IMG/VR virus record: IMGVR_UViG_3300045988_172855
Origin: a virus
DNA: 64,000 nucleotides
Strand: one strand, 5' to 3'
The notes below the pieces were generated by a model, which saw nothing but the letters and a program-made list of their open reading frames with translations, did no database searches and was not told the origin of the DNA. Position numbers and translations under genes: made by a program. Below are positions 35,195 to 42,946 of this stretch, piece after piece. Each line of letters begins with the position of its first letter. Positions within the stretch are counted from its first letter, which is position 1.

Positions 35195-35226
35195 GTAAAG
35201 ATACTACTTTGTTATCTCTTCAACAA
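35195..35226 (-). promoter_or_regulatory. Bacteroidota-type promoter (TTG-N20-TATCTTTAC)
   Basis: The - strand reads TTGTTGAAGAGATAACAAAGTAGTATCTTTACAGC. It overlaps the 3' end of 35204..35521. Confidence 0.6.
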
Positions 35227-35521
35227 CACTGTCGTTATTTTCGGTCCTCTTTTCCATTGAATTGTAGATATTAAGAATTGTATCTACAGTATTAAGTTCT
35301 ATAATTTCCGATTTATCTTTCGCTATATATAAGTTATCAATCAGCTGGATATACAACATTCCTTTATAATTAAAAACTTGTTTACGAACTATTTGTTTAT
35401 ATTTCTGTGAAAGATCTGTACAACGAAAACCTTCACCGACAACACTGTAAATACAAAGAACTGTTTTTACGTCATTGTTATTATTAATATAAAAAAGTCT
35501 TTTTTTGATCTTTTGATACAA
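35204..35521 (-). CDS. hypothetical protein (start uncertain)
   Basis: The track start is TTG and overlaps the upstream ORF by 38 nt. There is no nearby ATG. Confidence 0.35.
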   Translation of the reverse strand: MYQKIKKRLFYINNNNDVKTVLCIYSVVGEGFRCTDLSQKYKQIVRKQVFNYKGMLYIQLIDNLYIAKDKSEIIELNTVDTILNIYNSMEKRTENNDSVVEEITK

Positions 35522-36107
35522 AGATATTGTTACAACGATCGCTCGGTGTCACTTCTTCATCTTCAAAAAGAAATGCTGAATATACAATCACCTTAAAATT
35601 CTTTCCGTCATTAAACCAATTATAAATGTATTGCCAACGATACATTTTCTTCAGATCCATAATAAAATCGATCAACGGAATTGTAGGATAGGGATATGAT
35701 AGATTTACATCTTCTTTTACCGATTTATCTGATATAAAAACATTACCGGTGACACGTTTACTTTCTGTTAAATTCATGTTCGAAATCACGTTCTCACAAT
35801 CAAATTCAATAGCAATTTCGTCTAATGTCATACTTAAACTTCTGATACTTTCACATATCGGCATGTTTATACAAAATCCACTGTAATACTTGTTCATCCA
35901 AGACTTCTTTGTGACAAAATCAGTATCTTCTATACTTAGAAAGTCTTTTGCAATTGCCGTAGGTTTTGGTCTCATACACTTTTTCGAATCATAAAAGACC
36001 TTTGCCCCTGTAATCCAATTGATCGCTTCTACAATCTTTATATCAATTGGACCGTCTACGTAAATAATGATGTTTCTCCACTTCTCATTGAATTCTTCTC
36101 TTGTCAT
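35484..36107 (-). CDS. hypothetical protein
   Basis: Track ORF with an ATG start. Confidence 0.5.
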   Translation of the reverse strand: MTREEFNEKWRNIIIYVDGPIDIKIVEAINWITGAKVFYDSKKCMRPKPTAIAKDFLSIEDTDFVTKKSWMNKYYSGFCINMPICESIRSLSMTLDEIAIEFDCENVISNMNLTESKRVTGNVFISDKSVKEDVNLSYPYPTIPLIDFIMDLKKMYRWQYIYNWFNDGKNFKVIVYSAFLFEDEEVTPSDRCNNIFVSKDQKKTFLY

Positions 36108-36110
36108 AGC

Positions 36111-36629
36111 TTAGGATAATTTAAATGTTTCTATTCTGTTTACAATCTTCGATAACTTATAATCAAATGCGTCAAGAATAATCTCCTTGTTAGTTTCGAC
36201 CTCTATTCTCTTTAGCAACACAGTTCCATCACGCTCGTTCTTTGATACTGAATAAGTATACTCATCAGTGTTTCTATAAACACTATCACTCGATACACCA
36301 ATTGATGCATATTGTTCACTTATCTCTAATTTATCTTTAGAGATCACAATGTGTACGTAATCGTTAATCTTCTCCTTAATCTTTTCCATTGTTTCGGGAT
36401 TTATTAATTCAATACGTTCGTCTCTCATAATTTCTAGGAACTTGTTCAACTTCTCTTCGTCATTGAACTTTATCTGTAAAACGGTAATATTATCCTTACC
36501 GTCTACTCTTCTTTTGATGTATCTTCGTGAATGATCGTATAGATACATTGCTTTGTGTAGGGTAGTTTGTTGTTCCCAAGAACAGACTTTAATAAGTTCT
36601 GTGTAATTTATATAAATCTTTCGTTCCAT
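36111..36629 (-). CDS. hypothetical protein
   Basis: Track ORF with an ATG start. Confidence 0.5.
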   Translation of the reverse strand: MERKIYINYTELIKVCSWEQQTTLHKAMYLYDHSRRYIKRRVDGKDNITVLQIKFNDEEKLNKFLEIMRDERIELINPETMEKIKEKINDYVHIVISKDKLEISEQYASIGVSSDSVYRNTDEYTYSVSKNERDGTVLLKRIEVETNKEIILDAFDYKLSKIVNRIETFKLS

Positions 36630-36631
36630 TG

Positions 36632-36808
36632 TTACTTTATTTTTATCGTTAAACTATTCTCATTTGCATAAGCGACTGCTTTCTCTAGTTCATCGAATCG
36701 TTGTGATGAACTATTGTAATACATTCCTGTTCTTACATTGATAAAATTGACCTGATAGCAAGTTCTGCCATACATTCTAACTCGTACTATTTCTGCTATA
36801 TCTTTCAT
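36632..36808 (-). CDS. small hypothetical protein (58 aa), possibly leaderless
   Basis: Own translation: MKDIAEIVRVRMYGRTCYQVNFINVRTGMYYNSSSQRFDELEKAVAYANENSLTIKIK. The ATG lies 3 nt after a -7-like box, TACCTTTAG. Confidence 0.4.
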   Translation of the reverse strand: MKDIAEIVRVRMYGRTCYQVNFINVRTGMYYNSSSQRFDELEKAVAYANENSLTIKIK

Positions 36809-36811
36809 GTC

Positions 36812-36820
36812 CTAAAGGTA
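36812..36820 (-). promoter_or_regulatory. -7-like box TACCTTTAG abutting an ATG
   Basis: The - strand reads TACCTTTAGGACATG. There is no clear -33 TTG, because that region is occupied by the terminator hairpin. Confidence 0.3.
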
Positions 36821-36824
36821 CTAA

Positions 36825-36858
36825 ATTATTAGAAAGAGTGGAACTTAATGTTCCACTC
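36825..36858 (-). terminator. intrinsic terminator after acidic-protein gene
   Basis: Perfect 9-bp stem GAGTGGAAC/GTTCCACTC (36836-36844 / 36850-36858) with a 5-nt loop, then TTTCTAATAAT on the - strand. Confidence 0.65.
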
Positions 36859-36869
36859 AATCATTGTTA

Positions 36870-37292
36870 TTAGAGACTCAATATGAAATTATAAACTTCT
36901 GCAAGACCATCGTAGTCTAATGATTGTAAATCTTCAAAAATCTTTTCTTCACAATATTCACGTTCATCATCTTCATCGTCTTCATCGTCTAAGATAGAAC
37001 GATATTCGTTACCGTTGATCTTTTCGTATACCTTTTTAAGTTGTTCGAGATCAAGCTCACTTATTCTATCAGCCACTTCATCGTACAGATCTGAGTAACA
37101 ACTTTCGAGATCAAAATCACATCCGGCTGGATATGCATCTTCGTCATTTGATTCGAACAATTCGTAACCTTTGTAAAAGTACTCTTTTCCTTGTTCATCT
37201 ACTAGAATTGTAGGATTTACTTGTTTAACTGTCAGTTCAACTCTTCTGCGATTTGAGTAAAACATCACTTCAATTTTGTCATTTGTTGTCAT
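36870..37292 (-). CDS. highly acidic 140-aa protein (DNA-mimic/anti-restriction candidate)
   Basis: By my count about 40 Asp+Glu against 14 Lys+Arg, including a DDEDDEDDERE run. It is a monocistronic unit with its own promoter and terminator. Confidence 0.45.
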   Translation of the reverse strand: MTTNDKIEVMFYSNRRRVELTVKQVNPTILVDEQGKEYFYKGYELFESNDEDAYPAGCDFDLESCYSDLYDEVADRISELDLEQLKKVYEKINGNEYRSILDDEDDEDDEREYCEEKIFEDLQSLDYDGLAEVYNFILSL

Positions 37293-37345
37293 AGTTGTTA
37301 AAATTTTAATTGTTAATACTAATGTGTCTCATTTCTTTCGACGCT

Positions 37346-37377
37346 GTAAAGATACACCTTTTTGATACACTGGACAA
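37346..37377 (-). promoter_or_regulatory. Bacteroidota-type promoter (TTG-N20-TATCTTTAC)
   Basis: The - strand reads TTGTCCAGTGTATCAAAAAGGTGTATCTTTACAGC. Confidence 0.65.
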
Positions 37378-37427
37378 CAATTTCGACCATAAATTTCTAA
37401 AATATTTTTATGTGCTACATTATTATT

Positions 37428-37547
37428 TTTCCATTTATATTGATCTTTCTATATCTCAGTAAATTAGTCGATACACTGCCTAGACATTAATCTCGCTGCA
37501 CAAAACACCAATATTTGCTGTCCAAATTCGATTTCCATTTATATTGA
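37428..37547. repeat. 16-nt perfect direct repeat tttccatttatattga x2
   Basis: Copies at 37428-37443 and 37532-37547, inside a ~180-nt non-coding stretch between a terminator and the next promoter. Confidence 0.7.
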
Positions 37548-37588
37548 AAATAAAATAGGATCAAACAGTCTCACGACTCCTTGATCCT
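37542..37588 (-). terminator. intrinsic terminator with GUGA tetraloop
   Basis: The - strand reads AGGATCAA-GG-AGTC-GTGA-GACT-GT-TTGATCCT (37557-37588), then ATTTTATTTTC. Confidence 0.65.
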
Positions 37589-37622
37589 TCTATAGAATAA
37601 TTAAACTAACTAAACAGAACAC

Positions 37623-37814
37623 TTATGGTTGCCATGTAATTGAGTCAATACTTACCGGAATGTAATCCGGATATTCTTTCTCTAGTCTTTCGAAAATCAT
37701 TGTTTCTTCTTTATCGCTTAGAGGGAGTTTTGTTATTTCTACGTCATTCAATGGAACGTGCATTTGTACTTTTACTCCTTCTTTTTGTTCAAATGTTACT
37801 AATATAACTATCAT
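37623..37814 (-). CDS. 63-aa hypothetical protein with canonical Shine-Dalgarno
   Basis: The track start at 37820 is GTG. The ATG at 37814 is preceded by AAAGGAGGTGAAT (GGAGG 5 nt upstream). The gene is bounded by two terminators. Confidence 0.5.
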   Translation of the reverse strand: MIVILVTFEQKEGVKVQMHVPLNDVEITKLPLSDKEETMIFERLEKEYPDYIPVSIDSITWQP

Positions 37815-37920
37815 ATTCACCTCCTTTCTTCTTTTATTGGTAGTTAAACTTTGTTTTAATTCACTATTTGATAAATATTGCGTTCATTTATTATCTTATA
37901 TGTTGTTTCTTTAATTAAAC

Positions 37921-37959
37921 TTATTTAAACGAATGGACCTATTCTCACGAACCGGTCCA
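37921..37959 (-). terminator. GUGA-capped hairpin terminator
   Basis: The - strand reads TGGACC-GG-TTC-GTGA-GAA-TA-GGTCCA (37934-37959), then TTCGTTTAAATAA. Confidence 0.5.
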
Positions 37960-37992
37960 GTTCTAACAATTAAATTAACTATATGACAACAT

Positions 37993-39105
37993 TCAAATTC
38001 TTTTCATTTGTTTTAATCTTTGTAGCAATTCTTTCTTCTTTTCTTGTCCTACTTTTTCTTCAATCACCTGAGCATCAGTTATTTCTATAGGATTCATTTC
38101 GTGTAGGAATGTTGAATTTGCTACTTGAAGTTCGCCCCAATCGTATGCTTTGATCATGTCTCCGGGCAACTGTATCTTTTCCTGTCCTAATATGTTCTTA
38201 TTGAATCCGTTGAAATCTTTGTACCAACTTGTTGCCAATTGATGTATCAGTATCTCAGGCCTGATGCCCGACTTAGCCGCTACCAATCCTATAATTATGC
38301 TATTTATAGGGATTTCTCGCATGATTCTTGTTACGTTCTCTCCTCCATGTATAGTTGCATTTATATCTATTTTTCCATCAACAGTCAACTTGAGTTCATT
38401 ACCTTTTACTTCTTTTCTCGCTTGTTCGAGTAAATTACGGACTTCTCGTGACATATTCAGAGCTTTTGTCTCTTGGTCGTTATTGATATAGTATTCGTAT
38501 TTTAAGTAGAGATCTGTCAACATATCATTTATGATCTCTAATCGTCCGGATTCTGTTGCGACTTTATATTTATCACTCTTTAACAGATATTTAGCTTGTC
38601 TTGATTCGATTACGTTCTTGTTCTCATTATAGAATTTCGTCAACTCATCATCGTTGAGATCGTAACCTTCTTTTGACTTAATTATCTTTTTTACATCCTT
38701 AGCTGAACACATTGAACCAAATAGGTCAATTAACTGAGGAGTCAACTTTGCTAACGCTTTACTTCTGTCGTTATAGAGATCAAACGTATTATAATATCTT
38801 TGTTTTGCATGATTATATTCTGCGATCAAAGGAAGTATTATTTCTTTCCTAATTTCCTGAGCATCAGCAATATCCTCGTCTCTTGCTCCTCTTGATTTCA
38901 TAATACCTTTTACGTTGACGTACTTTAGATCAATGACATGCGTTTCGTTGTTCTTTCCTATGTATGTCAAAAAACGGTCCGAACTCTCGTCTAAAGCCCG
39001 TCTCTTGAGCTCGTAATCAATATACGAATTCTGCATGTGTGCCGAAGCAATTTGTACGAAATCCGGTGCTTCTTTTAATATCTCACTTCTATCAATTTGT
39101 TTCAT
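37993..39105 (-). CDS. hypothetical 370-aa protein (monocistronic unit)
   Basis: Track ORF with an ATG start, its own promoter (39132-39163) and its own terminator. No motif recognised. Confidence 0.5.
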   Translation of the reverse strand: MKQIDRSEILKEAPDFVQIASAHMQNSYIDYELKRRALDESSDRFLTYIGKNNETHVIDLKYVNVKGIMKSRGARDEDIADAQEIRKEIILPLIAEYNHAKQRYYNTFDLYNDRSKALAKLTPQLIDLFGSMCSAKDVKKIIKSKEGYDLNDDELTKFYNENKNVIESRQAKYLLKSDKYKVATESGRLEIINDMLTDLYLKYEYYINNDQETKALNMSREVRNLLEQARKEVKGNELKLTVDGKIDINATIHGGENVTRIMREIPINSIIIGLVAAKSGIRPEILIHQLATSWYKDFNGFNKNILGQEKIQLPGDMIKAYDWGELQVANSTFLHEMNPIEITDAQVIEEKVGQEKKKELLQRLKQMKRI

Positions 39106-39131
39106 TTCTACTATCGTTTACTATTTTATGC

Positions 39132-39163
39132 GTAAAGATATAGATAATAGTTTGATCTCGCAA
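39132..39163 (-). promoter_or_regulatory. Bacteroidota-type promoter (TTG-N20-TATCTTTAC)
   Basis: The - strand reads TTGCGAGATCAAACTATTATCTATATCTTTACGCAT. Confidence 0.6.
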
Positions 39164-39252
39164 TAGTAAAATTCAAATTAGTACCATATATTGTTTACCA
39201 ATTGTGAATCTTCATTTGTTTCTGTTTTGATTTCTTGTTGTTCCATGTGTCT

Positions 39253-39444
39253 TTAATTTATAGGTTCAAAATCTAATCTTTTTATTTTGCACTTTTCTCG
39301 TGCCTTTAATTTAGGAGATTCAAGTATTCGATATCCGTCATTGTGTTCTAAACGAAATGACTTTCCTCTGATATAATAAAGGCAATTCAAACATTCGTAT
39401 CGAGATTTGTTTCCTCTACAATACAGTTTATACTTTTTATCCAT
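39253..39444 (-). CDS. small Cys-rich protein
   Basis: The track start at 39456 is TTG; the ATG (MDKKYKLYCRG) is at 39444. Contains a C..(9)..CLNC pattern. Confidence 0.45.
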   Translation of the reverse strand: MDKKYKLYCRGNKSRYECLNCLYYIRGKSFRLEHNDGYRILESPKLKAREKCKIKRLDFEPIN

Positions 39445-39715
39445 CTTTTTCAACAATATTCTTTTTGTTCACTCTTAAATCAGTCATAGATGCCTCTTTA
39501 TATGGATAATCTGCAACTACATTTTGTTGAACAAGTTGATCTTTGACTTCTTCATCGTTTTTAACAAGCCATATCTTTATTCTTGTACCTTCACCAAAAC
39601 CACAAATACCGACAATGTGACGATATCTGTCGTTGTTCTTTAAAGTCGTTCCTTTTTTCAAATCATTTGTATAGTAGATTTGAATCTCTTCATCGAAAAT
39701 TAAAATTGTTATCAT
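39437..39715 (-). CDS. hypothetical protein
   Basis: Track ORF with an ATG start. Confidence 0.5.
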   Translation of the reverse strand: MITILIFDEEIQIYYTNDLKKGTTLKNNDRYRHIVGICGFGEGTRIKIWLVKNDEEVKDQLVQQNVVADYPYKEASMTDLRVNKKNIVEKDG

Positions 39716-39915
39716 AATGTTGCAGTTTTAAGTACAGTATCCAATCCAAGTAATATGTTATCTTTCTCTTCTTCTGTATCAAAATAGAAGTGTTCCCAAA
39801 CATTCGAGATTTTGATCGCAATTACAAACTTCTTCGTTGACGAAGTCTTACCGAGATCTTTGTATCGTCCAATTGACGTAATTTTGATTCGTTGATCGTT
39901 AATTCTTATAAACAT
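39712..39915 (-). CDS. hypothetical protein
   Basis: Track ORF with an ATG start. Confidence 0.5.
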   Translation of the reverse strand: MFIRINDQRIKITSIGRYKDLGKTSSTKKFVIAIKISNVWEHFYFDTEEEKDNILLGLDTVLKTATL

Positions 39916-40261
39916 AAGGCAATTTATTTAAATCTTTATACCATTGATTAACTGTCTCTTGTGCTCCCATTACTTCTAGATTGCCAGTAAGTTCTTGTAC
40001 TGAAAAGACTCTTATTTTAGGAGTATATGCTTTACCGTTATTAATAGTTGTATTCGGTATCGAATATACTTCTAATTCAAACAAATAACCCATAACTAAC
40101 GGTCCAAAGTGCGGTTCGATATTCATAGTATAAACTGACATTTTACGATCTTTATCATCTACGCCTTTATATTCGATAATAAACGTACATACAAAGTGAC
40201 CTTCATTGTCATAGATCTTCGTTACTTGATTCTTGTGTATCGTTCCAATTATCTTCTGCAT
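39899..40261 (-). CDS. hypothetical protein
   Basis: Track ORF with an ATG start. Confidence 0.5.
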   Translation of the reverse strand: MQKIIGTIHKNQVTKIYDNEGHFVCTFIIEYKGVDDKDRKMSVYTMNIEPHFGPLVMGYLFELEVYSIPNTTINNGKAYTPKIRVFSVQELTGNLEVMGAQETVNQWYKDLNKLPYVYKN

Positions 40262-40719
40262 AAATATTGATTAGTATTTATATTTATATTTAGAAAGGCT
40301 TCTATTGAAGCTCGTTCTATCAACTCTTCCTCAGATTTAGTTCGATCATAAAAAGCGGCGTTTAGATCGATAGATGTGAAAATATATTGATTTGGAATAT
40401 CAAAGTCTTTATTATAAATCCGACCAAATTCAAACACTGTATTACAAATTACGATTTGATTCTTTTCGTTTATGGCAAAATCAATATCATTGTTAATGCA
40501 CTCTTGAGAAAGAAGTTCAATTAGTCGTAATATAACAATTTCAGGTCTTTCATAAGGTATCCAAACGCGATTCTTAATCTTTAAAAATGAGAAGCAATTG
40601 AGTTGAGCAATTCCAATCAACGTCCATACAAATAAAAGATTTCTTTCATCGTTTTCACAAGACTCTTTATTGAAAATTTGATGTAACTTTTCAACATCTA
40701 CTTGTTGTTTTGTTGTCAT
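40249..40719 (-). CDS. hypothetical protein
   Basis: Track ORF with an ATG start. Confidence 0.5.
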   Translation of the reverse strand: MTTKQQVDVEKLHQIFNKESCENDERNLLFVWTLIGIAQLNCFSFLKIKNRVWIPYERPEIVILRLIELLSQECINNDIDFAINEKNQIVICNTVFEFGRIYNKDFDIPNQYIFTSIDLNAAFYDRTKSEEELIERASIEAFLNININTNQYLCRR

Positions 40720-40892
40720 AAATCTTCATTATTTAATTTCTGTATATCGTTTCTATCGATATCTGTATCGTAACCTGAACTTTTTACATCAATACATTGT
40801 GACTTATCATCGTAAGGACAATTTGTCGCATATTGACAACTTAAACATGCGTTCGATAGACTTTTATTTATGTCTTTAACTTCACTTGCCAT
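40716..40892 (-). CDS. small Cys-containing acidic protein
   Basis: The track start at 40928 is TTG. The ATG (MASEVKDINK) is at 40892, just after the upstream stop. Confidence 0.45.
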   Translation of the reverse strand: MASEVKDINKSLSNACLSCQYATNCPYDDKSQCIDVKSSGYDTDIDRNDIQKLNNEDL

Positions 40893-40896
40893 AATT

Positions 40897-41100
40897 TTAC
40901 TTTTTGGGTTGATTATTTGCTTTTTCAATTAATTGTAAATTTTGAGGCCAAAATGCTCTTTGCTCACCATCAATCTTCAAATGATAATATTTAGAAGATC
41001 CTTTCCCACACACACTTGCAATTGTGCTTATTTGACCTTTCAGAGCTAAATTAGAAGAGTGTAATATCTTTACTCTATCACCTACACCAAATGTTGCCAT
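40897..41100 (-). CDS. small SH3/KOW-like protein
   Basis: The track start at 41145 is TTG. The ATG at 41100 gives MATFGVGDRVKILHSSNLALKGQI.... Confidence 0.45.
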   Translation of the reverse strand: MATFGVGDRVKILHSSNLALKGQISTIASVCGKGSSKYYHLKIDGEQRAFWPQNLQLIEKANNQPKK

Positions 41101-41102
41101 TC

Positions 41103-41246
41103 TTATTTTCTTTTTGAGATTATAAATTGCATTTGCGACATCCAAAGTGTTATGAACATGATCGTTAAGAAATACGGCTCTAAATAATTTTTTACGATCA
41201 CTAATCCCACTGGGAATAAATTCATTAAATCAATAAATTCTTTCAT
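41103..41246 (-). CDS. small hydrophobic ORF (47 aa)
   Basis: Own translation: MKEFIDLMNLFPVGLVIVKNYLEPYFLTIMFITLWMSQMQFIISKRK. It starts at the first ATG after promoter 41270-41301. Confidence 0.3.
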   Translation of the reverse strand: MKEFIDLMNLFPVGLVIVKNYLEPYFLTIMFITLWMSQMQFIISKRK

Positions 41247-41269
41247 ATCGTTTTTATTTTAATTGTTAT

Positions 41270-41301
41270 CTAAAGATACTACTTTGTTATCGAAGGATCA
41301 A
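41270..41301 (-). promoter_or_regulatory. Bacteroidota-type promoter (TTG-N20-TATCTTTAG)
   Basis: The - strand reads TTGATCCTTCGATAACAAAGTAGTATCTTTAGATAAC. Confidence 0.6.
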
Positions 41302-41530
41302 CTTTCAATTGATAATTTTTCACCAATTTGTATCCCATTTCTTTTAGGAAAACCTGCACAACCATATAGTTAATGATCTCTTTCCCATTGTGTTTATAAG
41401 ATCCTATGAGATTGTTGTTATAAGACCATTTTTGAAATTTATTTGATCCAATAAACTTCCACAATAAATCATCGTATTCTTTATCTGAAAGAATCTTTGA
41501 TTCTCCTTGAGGATTTGTCAACTTTACCAT
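41279..41530 (-). CDS. hypothetical protein
   Basis: The track start at 41533 is GTG. The ATG is at 41530, in a TGATG overlap with the upstream stop. Confidence 0.5.
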   Translation of the reverse strand: MVKLTNPQGESKILSDKEYDDLLWKFIGSNKFQKWSYNNNLIGSYKHNGKEIINYMVVQVFLKEMGYKLVKNYQLKVDPSITK

Positions 41531-42066
41531 CACTCTAATTGTTTATGATACGAAACTTCTTCTAATTGCGACATCATAAGCATTGCTTTTTTCAGTTCTT
41601 CCCATTTTTCAAAAGTCATTTCACTTTTAGTTGCTGTTTCTTTATCATCTGAAAAAATATTATGTTTATTAACAAATGAAATTGCTAATGTATCTAGAAT
41701 TTTAGCACGTTCTTTTTTTAATTGTTTCCAATAAAAATCAAACATACTTCTAAGATCAATTTCTTGTGTCTTAGTCAGTGAAAAGTAGATTATATTCGAG
41801 TATTTATTGTGTTGATAACTAATTTCTTTTCTGTTAGTTATCTTACAATAACATTGAAAAAGAAGTCTTCTTGCTAATTTATCATTATAAGGTAATTTAA
41901 AAGAAACCCATTCCTCTTTTTCGTCAAAAAGAGTATCAATATCAATGTTATATTGAGCACATAAATCATCCAATGCTCTTTTGGCAGCTAAAACCTCGCC
42001 TCTTTCACCTCGATCAACAAGAGCTTGTAATTTTTTGACTTTGTCAATTACTTTTTCGTATTCCAT
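41530..42066 (-). CDS. hypothetical protein, N-terminus DUF2786-like
   Basis: The track start at 42075 is TTG; the ATG is at 42066. VIDKVKKLQALVDRGERGEVLAAKRALDDLCAQYNI resembles the DUF2786 helix pair. From memory only. Confidence 0.35.
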   Translation of the reverse strand: MEYEKVIDKVKKLQALVDRGERGEVLAAKRALDDLCAQYNIDIDTLFDEKEEWVSFKLPYNDKLARRLLFQCYCKITNRKEISYQHNKYSNIIYFSLTKTQEIDLRSMFDFYWKQLKKERAKILDTLAISFVNKHNIFSDDKETATKSEMTFEKWEELKKAMLMMSQLEEVSYHKQLE

Positions 42067-42075
42067 ATTAATCAA

Positions 42076-42348
42076 TTATTTTAAATCCAAAAATTTAGCT
42101 ACTTTATTTGCAACACCTGTAGGAGTTGAACAATTAGAAGCAGTTTCGATAGCATGATCTATACCGTCTTGCCAATAAGTAATTTGAATCGTAATTTTAT
42201 TTCCAGTGAAATAATAATGCAAACAAGCGCATTTGTCTCCTTTACGAATATCGCCTTTGAAATAATTGTAACTACGTCCATCAAGTTTACTTGTTAAAGC
42301 GTCTTTAATTTCTTTTTTGCTTGTCGGTGTAAGAATTTGTCTTGTCAT
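42076..42348 (-). CDS. hypothetical protein
   Basis: Track ORF with an ATG start. It is the first gene after promoter 42395-42425. Confidence 0.5.
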   Translation of the reverse strand: MTRQILTPTSKKEIKDALTSKLDGRSYNYFKGDIRKGDKCACLHYYFTGNKITIQITYWQDGIDHAIETASNCSTPTGVANKVAKFLDLK

Positions 42349-42394
42349 AATCGTTCTTTTTTAATTGTTAATACTGTTCGTTTCTTTTGGTGTT

Positions 42395-42425
42395 GTAAAG
42401 ATACACCTTTTATCTCAGATACCAA
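42395..42425 (-). promoter_or_regulatory. Bacteroidota-type promoter (TTTG-N19-TATCTTTAC)
   Basis: The - strand reads TTTTGGTATCTGAGATAAAAGGTGTATCTTTACAAC. Confidence 0.6.
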
Positions 42426-42461
42426 AAGTTTATCTCAAAATTGTGGTCTTATTAAGATTTA

Positions 42462-42501
42462 TTAAGAAAAAGGACAACTCGTTTCACAACGAATCGTCCT
42501 T
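42462..42501 (-). terminator. intrinsic terminator with GUGA tetraloop
   Basis: The - strand reads AAGGACGATTCGTT-GTGA-AACGAGTTGTCCTT (14 bp with 2 mismatches), then TTTTCT. Confidence 0.65.
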
Positions 42502-42517
42502 AAAATCAAAAAGTAAA

Positions 42518-42946
42518 TTAGCATGAAATAAATTCTTTTATCTTGGTCTCTGAGATTTGAACGACACGAGACTCATTTATAATCTCCTCTTTTAATATTT
42601 TAGAGGTTATTATTCCGGCTTCAGTATTGTTCGCAGCCTCAACTAAATACGAGATCTTATTTTCTTTAACTTTATCATTCGTGTCATTTACAGTTAAGAA
42701 AATGCACTTACACAAAAACCAAAATCCCTTTTCTTTATTCGGATGAACTTCACTTACACCTATCTCTTTTATAGGTGAAATTACGTAATCGACATCAAGA
42801 TTTTCGTTAGCCCATTGTGTCGCTTGAGCTTCAGCATCTGTATAATTCTCAGCTTTACACGCGATTACATCTGAAAACTTCTTCATTTTGGGATAACGAG
42901 AATCAGTATCGTCATCCCAATAAGTTATCGTTATTTCAAAGAACAT
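42518..42946 (-). CDS. hypothetical protein
   Basis: Track ORF with an ATG start. It overlaps the DpdA-like gene by 11 nt. Confidence 0.5.
   Translation of the reverse strand: MFFEITITYWDDDTDSRYPKMKKFSDVIACKAENYTDAEAQATQWANENLDVDYVISPIKEIGVSEVHPNKEKGFWFLCKCIFLTVNDTNDKVKENKISYLVEAANNTEAGIITSKILKEEIINESRVVQISETKIKEFISC

Noticed and set aside
37623-37814. The SD-bearing 63-aa ORF as a phage-encoded ribosomal protein bS21
   Set aside because: bS21 is strongly basic and Arg/Lys-rich. This protein is acidic to neutral (…EQKEGVKVQMHVPLNDVEITKLPLSDKEE…) and has no resemblance to it.
39106-39252. 22-codon ORF (MEQQEIKTETNEDSQLVNNIWY) and other tiny ORFs in intergenic gaps
   Set aside because: They are too short and carry no supporting signal.
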